A DNA stretch of 64,000 bases. Origin: an uncultured Planctomycetales bacterium. Lineage in GTDB: Bacteria > Omnitrophota > Gorgyraeia > Zapsychrales > JBDRMG01. The notes beneath the pieces were generated by a model, which saw nothing but the letters and a program-made list of their open reading frames with translations, did no database searches and was not told where the DNA came from. How positions within the stretch are numbered: the first letter of the stretch is position 1; each line of letters begins with the position of its first letter. The position numbers and the translations under genes are program-made. Shown piece by piece: positions 18,940-28,329 of this stretch. The stretch is taken from contig CAYZIY010000005.1 of assembly GCA_964478715.1 (NCBI GenBank), positions 19,832 through 83,831 on the forward strand, in the 5' to 3' direction.

Positions 18940-20379
18940 ATGGCAAATAATAATATGACGGCTATTGAAATTACCGATACTCACATCAAGATTTTTCACG
19001 GAATCTTTAAGGGGCGCTTTCCTGTCGTGGATTTGTGCGAAGTCAGATCGATTCCGCAGAAAGACGATGCGCAGATAATCCATACGCTGCGGCAAATTAT
19101 TCGCGCTCACAAAAAGACCAAGCTGACTCGCGTGATTGCCGCTATTCCTCGACGATTCGCTATTCTTCGCACGATATCCTTGCCGTCGCACTCGGATCGA
19201 GAAATCGAAAAAATGATCAGGCTCAAGATTGCTCAGCAAATTCCTTATCCTAAAGAAGATGTAGTCTTGGATTATCAAGTCATTCGAAAAGAATTATCCG
19301 GGTATAGTAAAATATTAGTTACGGTTGTTCATAAAGATGTCCTCACCCGCTATCTAAAAATATTTAGAGACAGCCAACTGCACGTTGAATATTTAACCTT
19401 AAGCTCTGTTGGAGTGGCGAACTGGTTTTTCTTCCAAGAAGCAAAGATTGGCAAAAGAGAGAAAGAAACGACGGCCGTGATTAATGTTGACTCGATCGAT
19501 ACGGAGATTTGTTTCTGCCAGGAAGATCATTTACTTTTTGCCCGTGGCATTCCTTTTGGGGCCAAAGATTTGCATGTGGATCATATCGAGAATTTTGCCG
19601 AGCAGATCGGTTTAACCATTATGACCTATATCAAAGAGAAATTGGGCGAGGAAATCAAAAAAGTGATCCTGGTCTCTAATGCCGAGGAAATAATACTTTT
19701 AAGAGAGAAGCTGGAAAACGAATATCATATCAGTGTCGACATTATGAATCCATTTGAAAATGTTGCCCGGAAAGGAAATTTAAATTTCCCTTTGATCTTG
19801 AATCAGGAAAATGTTTCTGCGGTCGTGGGCTTAGGGCTGCTGATGGGAGCCAAAAAGGGATTGATCAATCTGGTTCCACCGGATATTGCCGATAGCAGAA
19901 AAAACAAAAAACACCGATTAGAAATCATGAAATTCTCTTTGCTTCTTTTTGTGACAGTATTGCTTTCTATCGGAGCCCTGCGGGTCAATCTCTACGAACG
20001 TTCCTCTTATCTGTTGTTGATTGATCGGGAGATTGAGGATCTTAAGCCGAAGGTTCGCCGCTTGCAGGATAAGTATAATCGGATGGAATTTATCAGGCAG
20101 CGGCTCAATCCGGGATTAACTATCGTTGATGTGATTTATGAACTCTATGGGTTGACCCCGACGGAAGTTTCGTATAATTTATTGCAATTAAGCGACCAGG
20201 GGCAAATGATTCTACAGGGAACGAGCCAGCAAAGCTCAAGCATAAATGCCTTGCAGAGCAATCTTATTAATTCTCCCTTGTTTGAGGAAGTAACAGTACA
20301 GTCGGTTACCAAGCGCAAAGTTTTTCGGGGCGAGTTGACAGATTTTAAAATCACTTGCGAAATTTTGCGCAAGGAGTGA
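18940..20379 (+). CDS. gspL: GspL/PilM-PilN-like assembly protein (cytoplasmic actin-like domain + TM + periplasmic domain)
   Basis: ~300-aa PilM-like actin-fold N-terminal region. Single TM FSLLLFVTVLLSIGAL. Periplasmic PilN/GspL-like C-terminal region. Confidence 0.65.
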   Translation: MANNNMTAIEITDTHIKIFHGIFKGRFPVVDLCEVRSIPQKDDAQIIHTLRQIIRAHKKTKLTRVIAAIPRRFAILRTISLPSHSDREIEKMIRLKIAQQIPYPKEDVVLDYQVIRKELSGYSKILVTVVHKDVLTRYLKIFRDSQLHVEYLTLSSVGVANWFFFQEAKIGKREKETTAVINVDSIDTEICFCQEDHLLFARGIPFGAKDLHVDHIENFAEQIGLTIMTYIKEKLGEEIKKVILVSNAEEIILLREKLENEYHISVDIMNPFENVARKGNLNFPLILNQENVSAVVGLGLLMGAKKGLINLVPPDIADSRKNKKHRLEIMKFSLLLFVTVLLSIGALRVNLYERSSYLLLIDREIEDLKPKVRRLQDKYNRMEFIRQRLNPGLTIVDVIYELYGLTPTEVSYNLLQLSDQGQMILQGTSQQSSSINALQSNLINSPLFEEVTVQSVTKRKVFRGELTDFKITCEILRKE

Positions 20380-20382
20380 AAA

Positions 20383-20919
20383 ATGGCCTTAAAACGGATG
20401 ACAAAAAGAGAACTAATAATTTTTATTATCTGCCTGATTGTGATATTTATTTTTATTGGTGTGAATTTTATCGTCAAACCATTGCTGGAGCAATATGAAA
20501 AGTTTTCCAATGAAATAACACGAAGAAAGGAGCTGTTAGCCGAATATCATCAGAAACTTAGACAGGGCAAATCCATCGGTGATATATATAAAAAGTTTTC
20601 TCAGCCTTTATTACAAAAATTATCCGACGAGGCCGAGATGGCCGCTATCCTTTCGGAGATCGAATCTGTAGCTAATGAGATTGATTTGCGCGTTTCAGAT
20701 ATGAAACCTAAAAGAGTTAAGCGTACGGAATTTTTTAATACATTTCTCGTCAGTCTTTCACTTGAAGGGGATTTGGCTTCGATTACCCGATTTTTATATG
20801 TTCTTCAAAATAATCCGCATTTGTTTGAAGTCGATGAAGTTCAGCTGCAAAAAAGATCGTTGAGAACGTCTCGGATCAAATGCCAGCTAGTCTTAAGTCG
20901 TTCTCTCATTTTCCAATAA
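20383..20919 (+). CDS. gspM: GspM/PilO-like bitopic inner-membrane protein
   Basis: N-terminal TM LIIFIICLIVIFIFIGVNFIV, then a ~140-aa periplasmic domain. Sits immediately after gspL. Confidence 0.55.
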   Translation: MALKRMTKRELIIFIICLIVIFIFIGVNFIVKPLLEQYEKFSNEITRRKELLAEYHQKLRQGKSIGDIYKKFSQPLLQKLSDEAEMAAILSEIESVANEIDLRVSDMKPKRVKRTEFFNTFLVSLSLEGDLASITRFLYVLQNNPHLFEVDEVQLQKRSLRTSRIKCQLVLSRSLIFQ

Positions 20920-20927
20920 TCAAAAGA

Positions 20928-20990
20928 TTGACAATTTTTCCAAATAACCGGATTTGGTATTGACTTGCGTGCGTGTGTATATAAAAATGA
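20928..20990 (+). promoter_or_regulatory. candidate promoter region upstream of the merR-like/exeA-like genes
   Basis: TTGACA at 20928 and TTGACT at 20960, with downstream TATATA/AAAAAT. Includes an 18-nt alternating purine-pyrimidine tract GCGTGCGTGTGTATATAT. Confidence 0.3.
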
Positions 20991-21023
20991 AAATAGACTC
21001 TCTACTCAGAGAGTTGTTTATAT

Positions 21024-21278
21024 GTGAATGTATTTCAAAGAGATAGACTCATGCGGCCGATTTATCTGATCAAAGATCTTTCTCGGACAACAGGATTTTC
21101 TGTGCATACTTTAAAATATTATGCCCGTATCGGTCTATTAAAAGAAATCGGGCGCAGCCCGGAGACCAATTTCCGTTATTATGATCAGTCGTCGGTCGAG
21201 CGCTTGTCACTGATTTCATATTTACGAAAACAGGGATTAGCGCTTAAGGATATTAAAGAAAGAATGAGTCCGTCGTGA
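21024..21278 (+). CDS. MerR-family HTH protein (DNA-binding domain only)
   Basis: IYLIKDLSRTTGFSVHTLKYYARIGLL...FRYYDQSSVERLSLISYLRKQGLALKDIKE is a MerR N-terminal HTH plus the start of the dimerisation helix. The stop overlaps the next gene by 4 nt. Confidence 0.7.
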   Translation: MNVFQRDRLMRPIYLIKDLSRTTGFSVHTLKYYARIGLLKEIGRSPETNFRYYDQSSVERLSLISYLRKQGLALKDIKERMSPS

Positions 21279-22099
21279 GTTTTTATTCATTGTTAAATTT
21301 AGAAAAAGAACCGTTTTCGACCAGTCCGGATCCAGGCTTTTTTTATCAATCTTTTGCCCATCGGACGGCTTTGCAGCGATTGGAAATTACGATTCGCTTA
21401 AGAAGGGGCTTGAGCATTATCCTGGGTGATGTAGGCACTGGTAAGACCACTCTTCTCAGGGCTCTTTTAAGGCAATTTCATGAAGACCATGATTTTATTT
21501 TCCATATGATCCTGGATCCTGACTTTAAAACCGAGTATCAATTTCTTTCAACATTAACCCGCATGTTTGGGATTAGCCCTTTTTTCCGTTCCACCATTGA
21601 CCATAAAGAAGCAATTGAGCGTTATTTGTATCAGAAAGGAGTCGAAGAAAACAAAACCGTTGTTTTGCTGATCGATGAAGGCCAAAAATTGTCTCAGCCT
21701 CTTTTAGAAATCTTAAGGATTTTTTTAAATTATGAAACTAATGAACAGAAGCTGCTTCAGCTGGTTATTCTTTCCCAGATGGAGCTTCTTCCACGCATTA
21801 AACGAATTCCGAATTTTATCGATCGGATTAATTTTAAATATATCATTAACCCCCTGAACGAAGAAGAAACTCGCGAACTTATTTACTATCGTCTGATGCA
21901 GGCCGGTTTTCATGGCCGTTATGCCTTGTTTACTTATGAGGCCGTCAAAAAGATATATGAAATTACCGGTGGGTATCCAAGAAAAATTTCGCATGTTTGT
22001 CATAACGCTTTGGAACATTTGGTCATGGAAAATCGTGAAGCCGTTACCGGTGATTTAATCGACGAGCTTTACGCGCAAGAAAGCGCATGGAGATCTTGA
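21275..22099 (+). CDS. ExeA/GspA-like AAA ATPase (AAA_22)
   Basis: Walker A GDVGTGKTTLLRAL and Walker B VVLLIDEGQKL. Length and position next to the secretin match the ExeA secretin-assembly ATPase family. Confidence 0.7.
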   Translation: MSFYSLLNLEKEPFSTSPDPGFFYQSFAHRTALQRLEITIRLRRGLSIILGDVGTGKTTLLRALLRQFHEDHDFIFHMILDPDFKTEYQFLSTLTRMFGISPFFRSTIDHKEAIERYLYQKGVEENKTVVLLIDEGQKLSQPLLEILRIFLNYETNEQKLLQLVILSQMELLPRIKRIPNFIDRINFKYIINPLNEEETRELIYYRLMQAGFHGRYALFTYEAVKKIYEITGGYPRKISHVCHNALEHLVMENREAVTGDLIDELYAQESAWRS

Positions 22100-22707
22100 T
22101 GAACAAGATTGACTCTCCGGAAGAACGTCTTTTGAAACATCTCAGGCAAGCTAAGTTGCAAAATCCTGGAGATAGAAATCTGGTGTCTGGATCAAAAAAT
22201 TCCGTCACGGTTGCTTTTGCTTCATCCAGAGCGAATGAAAGAAGCGTGTTTCCTCTTCTTGACTCTTTCTTAGTATTAATTTCTCTGTGTCTGGCGGGAT
22301 ATATCGGTTATATTTATTTGGCATCGCAAAAAAAGGTCGTTGATTTCCCTCAAAAATCGGATGCGGTTACAGCTTTCGCAAATGAACAAATAATTGTCAA
22401 GCAGCCGCGGCCTTTTTCGGTTTATGAGCAAAAACTTTCTCAAAGAGATATCTTTGAATCTCCGCTTCAGAGCATCAGGGATAGGAATAATCCGTCTTTG
22501 CCAGAGCCCCAGACATTTGGTCGCACACTGAAGTTGGTCGGAATTATCCTGGATGAAGAAAAAGAAGCGGTCATTGAGGATTTGCAGGATCGTCAGACCT
22601 ATTTTCTCAAAACAGGAGATGAAATTCACAGCGCAGTCGTTCAAGATATTAGAGAAGGAAAAGTGACACTTCAATATGATGAAGAGATTATCGAGTTGGT
22701 GCAATAG
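22087..22707 (+). CDS. bitopic inner-membrane protein with GspC-HR/PilP-like periplasmic domain
   Basis: TM FPLLDSFLVLISLCLAGYIGYIYL. C-terminal LKLVGIILDEEKEAVIEDLQDRQTYFLKTGDEI...VTLQYDEEIIEL fits the secretin-N0-binding beta-sandwich pattern. Confidence 0.5.
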   Translation: MEILMNKIDSPEERLLKHLRQAKLQNPGDRNLVSGSKNSVTVAFASSRANERSVFPLLDSFLVLISLCLAGYIGYIYLASQKKVVDFPQKSDAVTAFANEQIIVKQPRPFSVYEQKLSQRDIFESPLQSIRDRNNPSLPEPQTFGRTLKLVGIILDEEKEAVIEDLQDRQTYFLKTGDEIHSAVVQDIREGKVTLQYDEEIIELVQ

Positions 22708-22720
22708 AAAAGAGGCTACA

Positions 22721-24337
22721 ATGAAACCCTTGGGGATGATCGTTGGGATTTTGATATTTTGTTTTCTTTCGGTTGATTTAGGACTAGCCCAAGAATCCCA
22801 AAAGAAATCCATTTCACAGGCACTTGATATTATTGAACACTATTTTGAGAATCAAGATCAGCGACTTAATCCGGTTACGGAGGAACGCTATCAGAGTGTA
22901 CAAAATGAAAATCAAAAAGAAATGAAAGAGAGCGATCAGAAGAAGCAGGCAAAGATTATGATCGATGTCCTTGAGCTCAAAGATATGGATATCGGAGATG
23001 TCTTGAAATTAATCTCAAAAAAGAGCGGACTCAATATTGTTAAAGGAAGAAATGTCAAAGGACAAGTGACGATCTATCTAAAAGACGTTGATGTGCGTGA
23101 TGCGCTTCGCATCATTATGGAATCAAATGATCTGGCCTATGCGGAAGAGGATGGTATTATTTCTGTGATGACGGCCAAGGATTATGAATTAGCCTTTGGT
23201 CACCGATTTGGAGAGAAAACCCAGATTAAAATTTATCAACTCAAACATGCCAGCGCGGCCGATGCGGTGGCTTTGTTAAGCCAGATCAAAAGTATAATCG
23301 GGAAGGTGATCGCGGATGAAAAATCAAATACTGTAGTTTTAATTGACACGCCGGAGCGCCTGGAGGCTATGGATCGACTGGTACAGGAGATTGATGTCGC
23401 GGTCGGTACCCAAGTATTTAAATTGAGTTATGCGAAGGCCGAAGACGTTTCCAAGCAAATCGAAGAAATTATTACAAAAAATATCGGTTTAGTCAAATAT
23501 GATGAGCGTTCTAATAAAGTTATCGTGACCGATACGACTCAGAAACTTAAACGCATTGAGAATCTTATTGATGCCTTCGATGAAAAGCATAAAGAAGTTT
23601 CGATTTCAGCAAAGATTATTCAACTGACTTTGACGGATCAATATAAAATGGGTGTCGATTGGGAGGCCATCGTTTCCGATTATCACAGCCTGACCTTAAA
23701 AAGCGATTTCGATATTCTCAGCGCAACGGACAAAAAAGGCAAAGTGAGCATCGGAACACTTTCGACTGATGATTATACCGCCTTTGTTGAAGCCCTCGAC
23801 ACAATAGGAACGACAGATATTCTTTCTTCGCCGAGCATTACAGTTATTAACAACGAAGAAGCGAAGATTCTAGTTGGCTCAACACAGCCCTACGTCACAA
23901 CGACAACCACAACCCCGTCATCCGGAGCGACCACGACGGCCGAAAGTGTCAACTTCATCGATGTGGGCGTTCAGCTTTATGTAACGCCCACCATTCATGA
24001 TGACGGCTACATCACTATGAATATTAAGCCCGAAGTTAGCTCCGTGACAAGCTTTCTTACAACAGGAAATAATAATCAAATTCCGGTTGTCGAAACCAGC
24101 GAGGCCGAAACTACCGTGATGGTCAAAGATAGAACAACAATTGTGATCGGCGGGCTGATTAAAGATGAGAAACTGGAAACAGTGAAAAAGGTTCCGCTGC
24201 TTGGAGATGTTCCCGTTCTCGGCAATATTTTCCGCAATAAAGATAGTTATGTTAGAAAAACAGAGATCGTCATTTTTCTGACACCTGAGATTATTTCTGG
24301 GGACAGTTCTGTTAGAAAATTCCAAGATGATTTTTAA
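22721..24337 (+). CDS. gspD: secretin (GspD/PilQ family)
   Basis: Signal peptide MKPLGMIVGILIFCFLSVDLGLAQ and N0/N1-like repeats. Conserved C-terminal secretin motif VMVKDRTTIVIGGLIKDEKLETVKKVPLLGDVPVLGNIFR. Thr-run linker PYVTTTTTTPSSGATTT. Confidence 0.9.
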   Translation: MKPLGMIVGILIFCFLSVDLGLAQESQKKSISQALDIIEHYFENQDQRLNPVTEERYQSVQNENQKEMKESDQKKQAKIMIDVLELKDMDIGDVLKLISKKSGLNIVKGRNVKGQVTIYLKDVDVRDALRIIMESNDLAYAEEDGIISVMTAKDYELAFGHRFGEKTQIKIYQLKHASAADAVALLSQIKSIIGKVIADEKSNTVVLIDTPERLEAMDRLVQEIDVAVGTQVFKLSYAKAEDVSKQIEEIITKNIGLVKYDERSNKVIVTDTTQKLKRIENLIDAFDEKHKEVSISAKIIQLTLTDQYKMGVDWEAIVSDYHSLTLKSDFDILSATDKKGKVSIGTLSTDDYTAFVEALDTIGTTDILSSPSITVINNEEAKILVGSTQPYVTTTTTTPSSGATTTAESVNFIDVGVQLYVTPTIHDDGYITMNIKPEVSSVTSFLTTGNNNQIPVVETSEAETTVMVKDRTTIVIGGLIKDEKLETVKKVPLLGDVPVLGNIFRNKDSYVRKTEIVIFLTPEIISGDSSVRKFQDDF

Positions 24338-25373
24338 CTCTTCGATTGCTTTTAAAAAAATTTACCGGCTTTTTATCTTCTCGATTTTTCTACCAGTTTT
24401 CTTCTATGGCTGCGCTTCGGTTCCATCAGGTGGTTATACATATTCGGCAAAAGAGATTGATATTAAGGATATCTGCCACCGTTTTAATGTTCACTGGGAT
24501 TTAGACAGTATTAATCAGGTTGTGGTTTTAACCAAAAACGGTAAAGAAGCGCGTCTTCTGCTTGGAAGCCGAACCGCTGTTGTTAATGGACAGAGAGTGA
24601 CGCTCAATGAAGCGATTAAAAGAAAAAGAGGATCCATTGTTGTTCCGTCTGATTTTAAATCCAAGATTATCGATCGCCTCAGAGAGGAAGCGCAGACAGC
24701 GCTGATCCGGTATCTGCATATTGTCATTGATCCGGGGCACGGTGGGAAAGATCCGGGGGCGGTCAGTCAAAGAGGGCTCTATGAAAAAACCATCAATTTG
24801 GATATTTCTAAAAGGCTGGAGAAAATTCTTAAGAAAGAAGGAATGCAGGTGACCTTAACGAGGATAGACGATGTATTCATTACTCTAGAGGAAAGGGCGG
24901 CCATTGCTCACAAGGCCAAAGCCGATTTGTTTATTAGCATTCATGCCAATGCTAACCCCTCAAAAAGGATAAAAGGTTTTGAGACCTATTATTTGCGACG
25001 TCTGGATGGACAAACGCTGAAAGAAGTTTTCCAGTCACAACCAGTGGAGGAGTTATTAAAATCAAAAAATATCAAGCGGCATTCCATTGTCGATGAAATT
25101 GTTTTTGACATGCTTTATCAGCACAAGCAAAAAGAATCGGCTCGCCTGGCTCAGTATATTACCGATCAAACGACCAGAAAATTGGATGTTGAAAATAGAG
25201 GGTGCAAAATGGCTGGTTATTCTGTTTTGCGTCATACGCTGATCCCTGCGGTTTTGATCGAAGTGGGATATTTGTCCAATAGAAGCGAAGAGAAGCTTTT
25301 GAGTCAGGAACATTATCGTCAACAACTGGCCGAGCAGATCGCGGCCAGTATTACGAGCTATGGCTGGTTATAA
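24327..25373 (+). CDS. amiC: N-acetylmuramoyl-L-alanine amidase, AmiC-like (AMIN + Amidase_3)
   Basis: N-terminal AMIN-like domain after a signal/lipobox-like FFYGC. Amidase_3 core IVIDPGHGGKDPGAVS...LFISIHANA. Confidence 0.85.
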   Translation: MIFNSSIAFKKIYRLFIFSIFLPVFFYGCASVPSGGYTYSAKEIDIKDICHRFNVHWDLDSINQVVVLTKNGKEARLLLGSRTAVVNGQRVTLNEAIKRKRGSIVVPSDFKSKIIDRLREEAQTALIRYLHIVIDPGHGGKDPGAVSQRGLYEKTINLDISKRLEKILKKEGMQVTLTRIDDVFITLEERAAIAHKAKADLFISIHANANPSKRIKGFETYYLRRLDGQTLKEVFQSQPVEELLKSKNIKRHSIVDEIVFDMLYQHKQKESARLAQYITDQTTRKLDVENRGCKMAGYSVLRHTLIPAVLIEVGYLSNRSEEKLLSQEHYRQQLAEQIAASITSYGWL

Positions 25374-26175
25374 TAAAAATAAATGCGCCATTGGGGTTTT
25401 TGATTCGGGTTTGGGAGGCCTGACTGTCGTTAAAGAACTAATTAAAAAACTCCCCCATGAAGATATTATTTATTTTGGCGATACTGCTCGCGTTCCTTAC
25501 GGAACCAAGTCTAAGGAATCGATTATTCGATTTTCGAAAGAAAATGCCCGACTTTTGATGAAGCATCATGTCAAACTTATTATCATTGCCTGTAATTCCT
25601 CCTCCAGTGTTTCATTGCATGTCCTGCGCCGGAAATTCCCCGTTGACATTATCGATGTCATTCATCCCGGTGCTCGAAGAGCCATTGAAGCGTCGAAAAA
25701 TAAACGAATAGGGATTATCGCGACCCAGGCGACAATTCATAGCGGAGCTTATGCCAAGGCCGTTCGATCTTATAAAAAAGAAGTAGAGGTTTTTAGTCAA
25801 TCCTGCCCTCTTTTTGTTCCTTTGGCCGAAGAGGGATGGTTTAAGCATTCAGTGAGCACTCAAATCGCTGCATACTATTTAAGCGGATTAAAACGCGCGA
25901 GAATCGATACGTTGATTCTGGGCTGTACTCATTATCCGCTTTTAAAATCGACTATTCAAAAAGTTATAGGCGTAAATGTAACTTTAATCGATTCGGCGCA
26001 AACGGTTGCCAAAGAGGTAAAAGATCTGATAAAAAAGAAGAAGATGGAAAACAAAAATAAGACAAAAGGTAAATATCTTTTTCTTGTCAGCGACGAACCA
26101 AAACATTTTCAGACACTAGCCAAGAGGTTCTTGGGTCGGGCCATCACTGATGTCAGAAAGGTACAGCATGTTTGA
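25360..26175 (+). CDS. murI: glutamate racemase
   Basis: IGVFDSGLGGLTVVKEL, with the catalytic-Cys regions IIACNSSSS and ILGCTHYPLL. Confidence 0.9.
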   Translation: MAGYNKNKCAIGVFDSGLGGLTVVKELIKKLPHEDIIYFGDTARVPYGTKSKESIIRFSKENARLLMKHHVKLIIIACNSSSSVSLHVLRRKFPVDIIDVIHPGARRAIEASKNKRIGIIATQATIHSGAYAKAVRSYKKEVEVFSQSCPLFVPLAEEGWFKHSVSTQIAAYYLSGLKRARIDTLILGCTHYPLLKSTIQKVIGVNVTLIDSAQTVAKEVKDLIKKKKMENKNKTKGKYLFLVSDEPKHFQTLAKRFLGRAITDVRKVQHV

Positions 26176-26533
26176 ATTAATTATCAAAAACGAAATTGCC
26201 GCGTCTCATTATGTGCGTGATTATCCCGGTAAATGCAGAAAGTTGCACGGGCATACCTGGAAAATCGAAGCGCATATTATCAGCTCGAAGGTCAATAAAA
26301 TGGGAATGGTGGTTGATTTTAAGATGATAAAGAAGAAATTCGAAGTATTTCTTGACCAACTGGACCATATCTGCCTGAATGATTTACCTTATTTTCAAGA
26401 AAACAATCCGACGGCCGAAATGATTGCCCAATTTATCTATCGGGAGTTCGGCAAACAATGCCGTCCTTTTCGACTCAAGAGCGTAACCGTGTGGGAATCG
26501 GAGCGTTCCGGCGTCACGTATTCAAGAAAATAG
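26150..26533 (+). CDS. queD: 6-carboxy-5,6,7,8-tetrahydropterin synthase
   Basis: CRKLHGHTWKIE (Cx2HGH zinc motif). ~120 aa PTPS fold. Confidence 0.85.
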   Translation: MSERYSMFELIIKNEIAASHYVRDYPGKCRKLHGHTWKIEAHIISSKVNKMGMVVDFKMIKKKFEVFLDQLDHICLNDLPYFQENNPTAEMIAQFIYREFGKQCRPFRLKSVTVWESERSGVTYSRK

Positions 26534-26534
26534 C

Positions 26535-27206
26535 ATGAATAATAATAAAGCGGTTGTTCTTCTTTCGGGCGGGCTCGATAGCGCGACTACTCTTTATGCT
26601 GCTAAACATAAAGGCTGTCGTGTTTTTGTTTTGATTTTCGACTATCATCAGAGACATCGCAAGGAGATTGAATGTGCCAAAAAGATTGCTCTTCAAGCCC
26701 GATGCCCTTATCAAATTATAAAAATAAATTTTCCCTGGAAAGGATCCAGCTTGTTGGATACTCGAAAGGTTTTGCCTCAAGGAAGGGAGGGTCAGTTTTT
26801 AAAAAAAAGGATCCCGTCGACCTATGTTCCTGCTAGAAATATCATTTTTTTAAGTTACGCTCTTTCATATGCTGAGACTATAGGGGCTAAAAAAATATTT
26901 ATCGGAGCTAATGCCATTGATTATTCCGGCTATCCGGATTGTCGACCAGAATTCCTGAGTGCGTTTCAGAAAGTTATCGACACGGGAACAAAATCTTGCG
27001 TTGAAGGTCGTCATATCAGCATTGAAGCTCCCTTGATTCAGAAAACAAAATCCCAAATTATCAAGCTGGGGCTTCAGCTTAAGGTTCCCTATGATTTAAC
27101 TTGGTCCTGTTATGCGGGCCTCCGGAACCCCTGCGGTGTTTGTGATAGTTGTTTGTTAAGAAAAAAAGGCTTTGATCAACTCAAGAAGGATGATCCCGCG
27201 TTATGA
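26535..27206 (+). CDS. queC: 7-cyano-7-deazaguanine synthase
   Basis: PP-loop AVVLLSGGLDSATTL. C-terminal zinc cluster WSCYAG...CGVCDSCLLRKKGF. Confidence 0.9.
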   Translation: MNNNKAVVLLSGGLDSATTLYAAKHKGCRVFVLIFDYHQRHRKEIECAKKIALQARCPYQIIKINFPWKGSSLLDTRKVLPQGREGQFLKKRIPSTYVPARNIIFLSYALSYAETIGAKKIFIGANAIDYSGYPDCRPEFLSAFQKVIDTGTKSCVEGRHISIEAPLIQKTKSQIIKLGLQLKVPYDLTWSCYAGLRNPCGVCDSCLLRKKGFDQLKKDDPAL

Positions 27207-27892
27207 TGCATGCTAAGATTACAGAAATTTTTAGATCTTTTCAGGGCGAAGGTATTTATCTTGGTTGCCCTCAGGTTTTTATCAGATTCTTTGGTTGTTC
27301 CTTAAACTGTTCGTTTTGCGACACTCCTCAATCGAAAGAGGGAAAAGAAGCAACCTTCAGAGAATACACTCCTCGGGAATTAATTCAACACGTTTTAGAT
27401 ATGTCTCAACCTTGTCATTCGATCAGCTTAACCGGCGGAGAGCCTCTGGAGCATGTTGGTTTTCTGAAGCAAATTTGTCCCGAGCTAAAAAAACACAAAA
27501 AAATTTATCTGGAAACAAACGGTGTTTATTTTCAGCAACTCAAAGATATCGTAGATGAAGTCGATATCATTTCTATGGATATTAAACTTCCCAGTTCGAT
27601 GGGGGGTAAATCCTATTACGAGAAGCATCAGGAATTTTTGAAGATTGCCCTGAGAAAGGAAGTTTTCATCAAGATTGTTGTTACCCGTCAAGCTCAAAAA
27701 GGCGAGATAATCGAGACTTCTCAACGAGTATCTGCGATCAGCAAGGATGTTCCAGTCGTGATCCAGCCTAATACCTTCGATCTGGAAAGCGAACTGGTAA
27801 CAAAAAGCTTGACCTTTTGCGATGATTGTTTAAAGTACTTAACAAACGTGCGACTCATTCCCCAAATTCATAAATGGTTAAAGGTGCAGTAG
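27203..27892 (+). CDS. queE: 7-carboxy-7-deazaguanine synthase (radical SAM)
   Basis: [20 protein letters not shown] (Cx3Cx2C with the preceding QueE-specific motif). Confidence 0.85.
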   Translation: MMHAKITEIFRSFQGEGIYLGCPQVFIRFFGCSLNCSFCDTPQSKEGKEATFREYTPRELIQHVLDMSQPCHSISLTGGEPLEHVGFLKQICPELKKHKKIYLETNGVYFQQLKDIVDEVDIISMDIKLPSSMGGKSYYEKHQEFLKIALRKEVFIKIVVTRQAQKGEIIETSQRVSAISKDVPVVIQPNTFDLESELVTKSLTFCDDCLKYLTNVRLIPQIHKWLKVQ

Positions 27893-28329
27893 ACATGAAA
27901 AGAACAAAATCATACAAAGGTCTGCAGGAAAATGTCCGGCGATTAAAAACGCCTGCCATTGAGGTTTTTGATAATAAATATCCTGATCGTGAATATACAA
28001 TCCATATCGAAACACCGGAATTTACCTGTGTGTGCCCCAAAACCGGTTTGCCGGATTTTGCTACCATTAAAATATACTACCAGCCGGACCAAAAATGCAT
28101 CGAGCTTAAATCATTAAAAATGTATTTCTTGTTTTACCGTAATCTCGGTATTTTTCACGAGCATTTGACAAACAGGATTTTAGAAGATTGCGTTAAGTCA
28201 ACTTCCTGCCGGTGGATGAAGGTGGAGGCAATCATGAATCCGCGCGGTGGAATTACAACGACAGTCTCGACTTGTTATTCAAAAGGAAAAAAAAGACAAC
28301 CAAAGGATCACAATGATGATACGCCCTAG
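27874..28329 (+). CDS. queF: NADPH-dependent 7-cyano-7-deazaguanine reductase (unimodular type)
   Basis: [21 protein letters not shown] (catalytic Cys) and QueF motif [14 protein letters not shown]. Confidence 0.85.
   Translation: MVKGAVDMKRTKSYKGLQENVRRLKTPAIEVFDNKYPDREYTIHIETPEFTCVCPKTGLPDFATIKIYYQPDQKCIELKSLKMYFLFYRNLGIFHEHLTNRILEDCVKSTSCRWMKVEAIMNPRGGITTTVSTCYSKGKKRQPKDHNDDTP

Noticed and set aside
14445-20919. Interpreting the cluster as a type IVa pilus (pilC-pilM-pilN-pilO) rather than T2SS-like
   Set aside because: The G-H-I-J-K pseudopilin order, the GspK-type HhH domain, the ExeA-like ATPase and the GspC/PilP-like-secretin arrangement fit T2SS-like organisation better. A hybrid cannot be excluded without the ATPase genes.
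23880-23945. ACN-codon run (ACAACGACAACCACAACC) resembling a microsatellite
   Set aside because: It encodes the Thr-rich linker (TTTTTTPSSGATTT) inside the secretin ORF. It may allow length variation but is not a separate feature.
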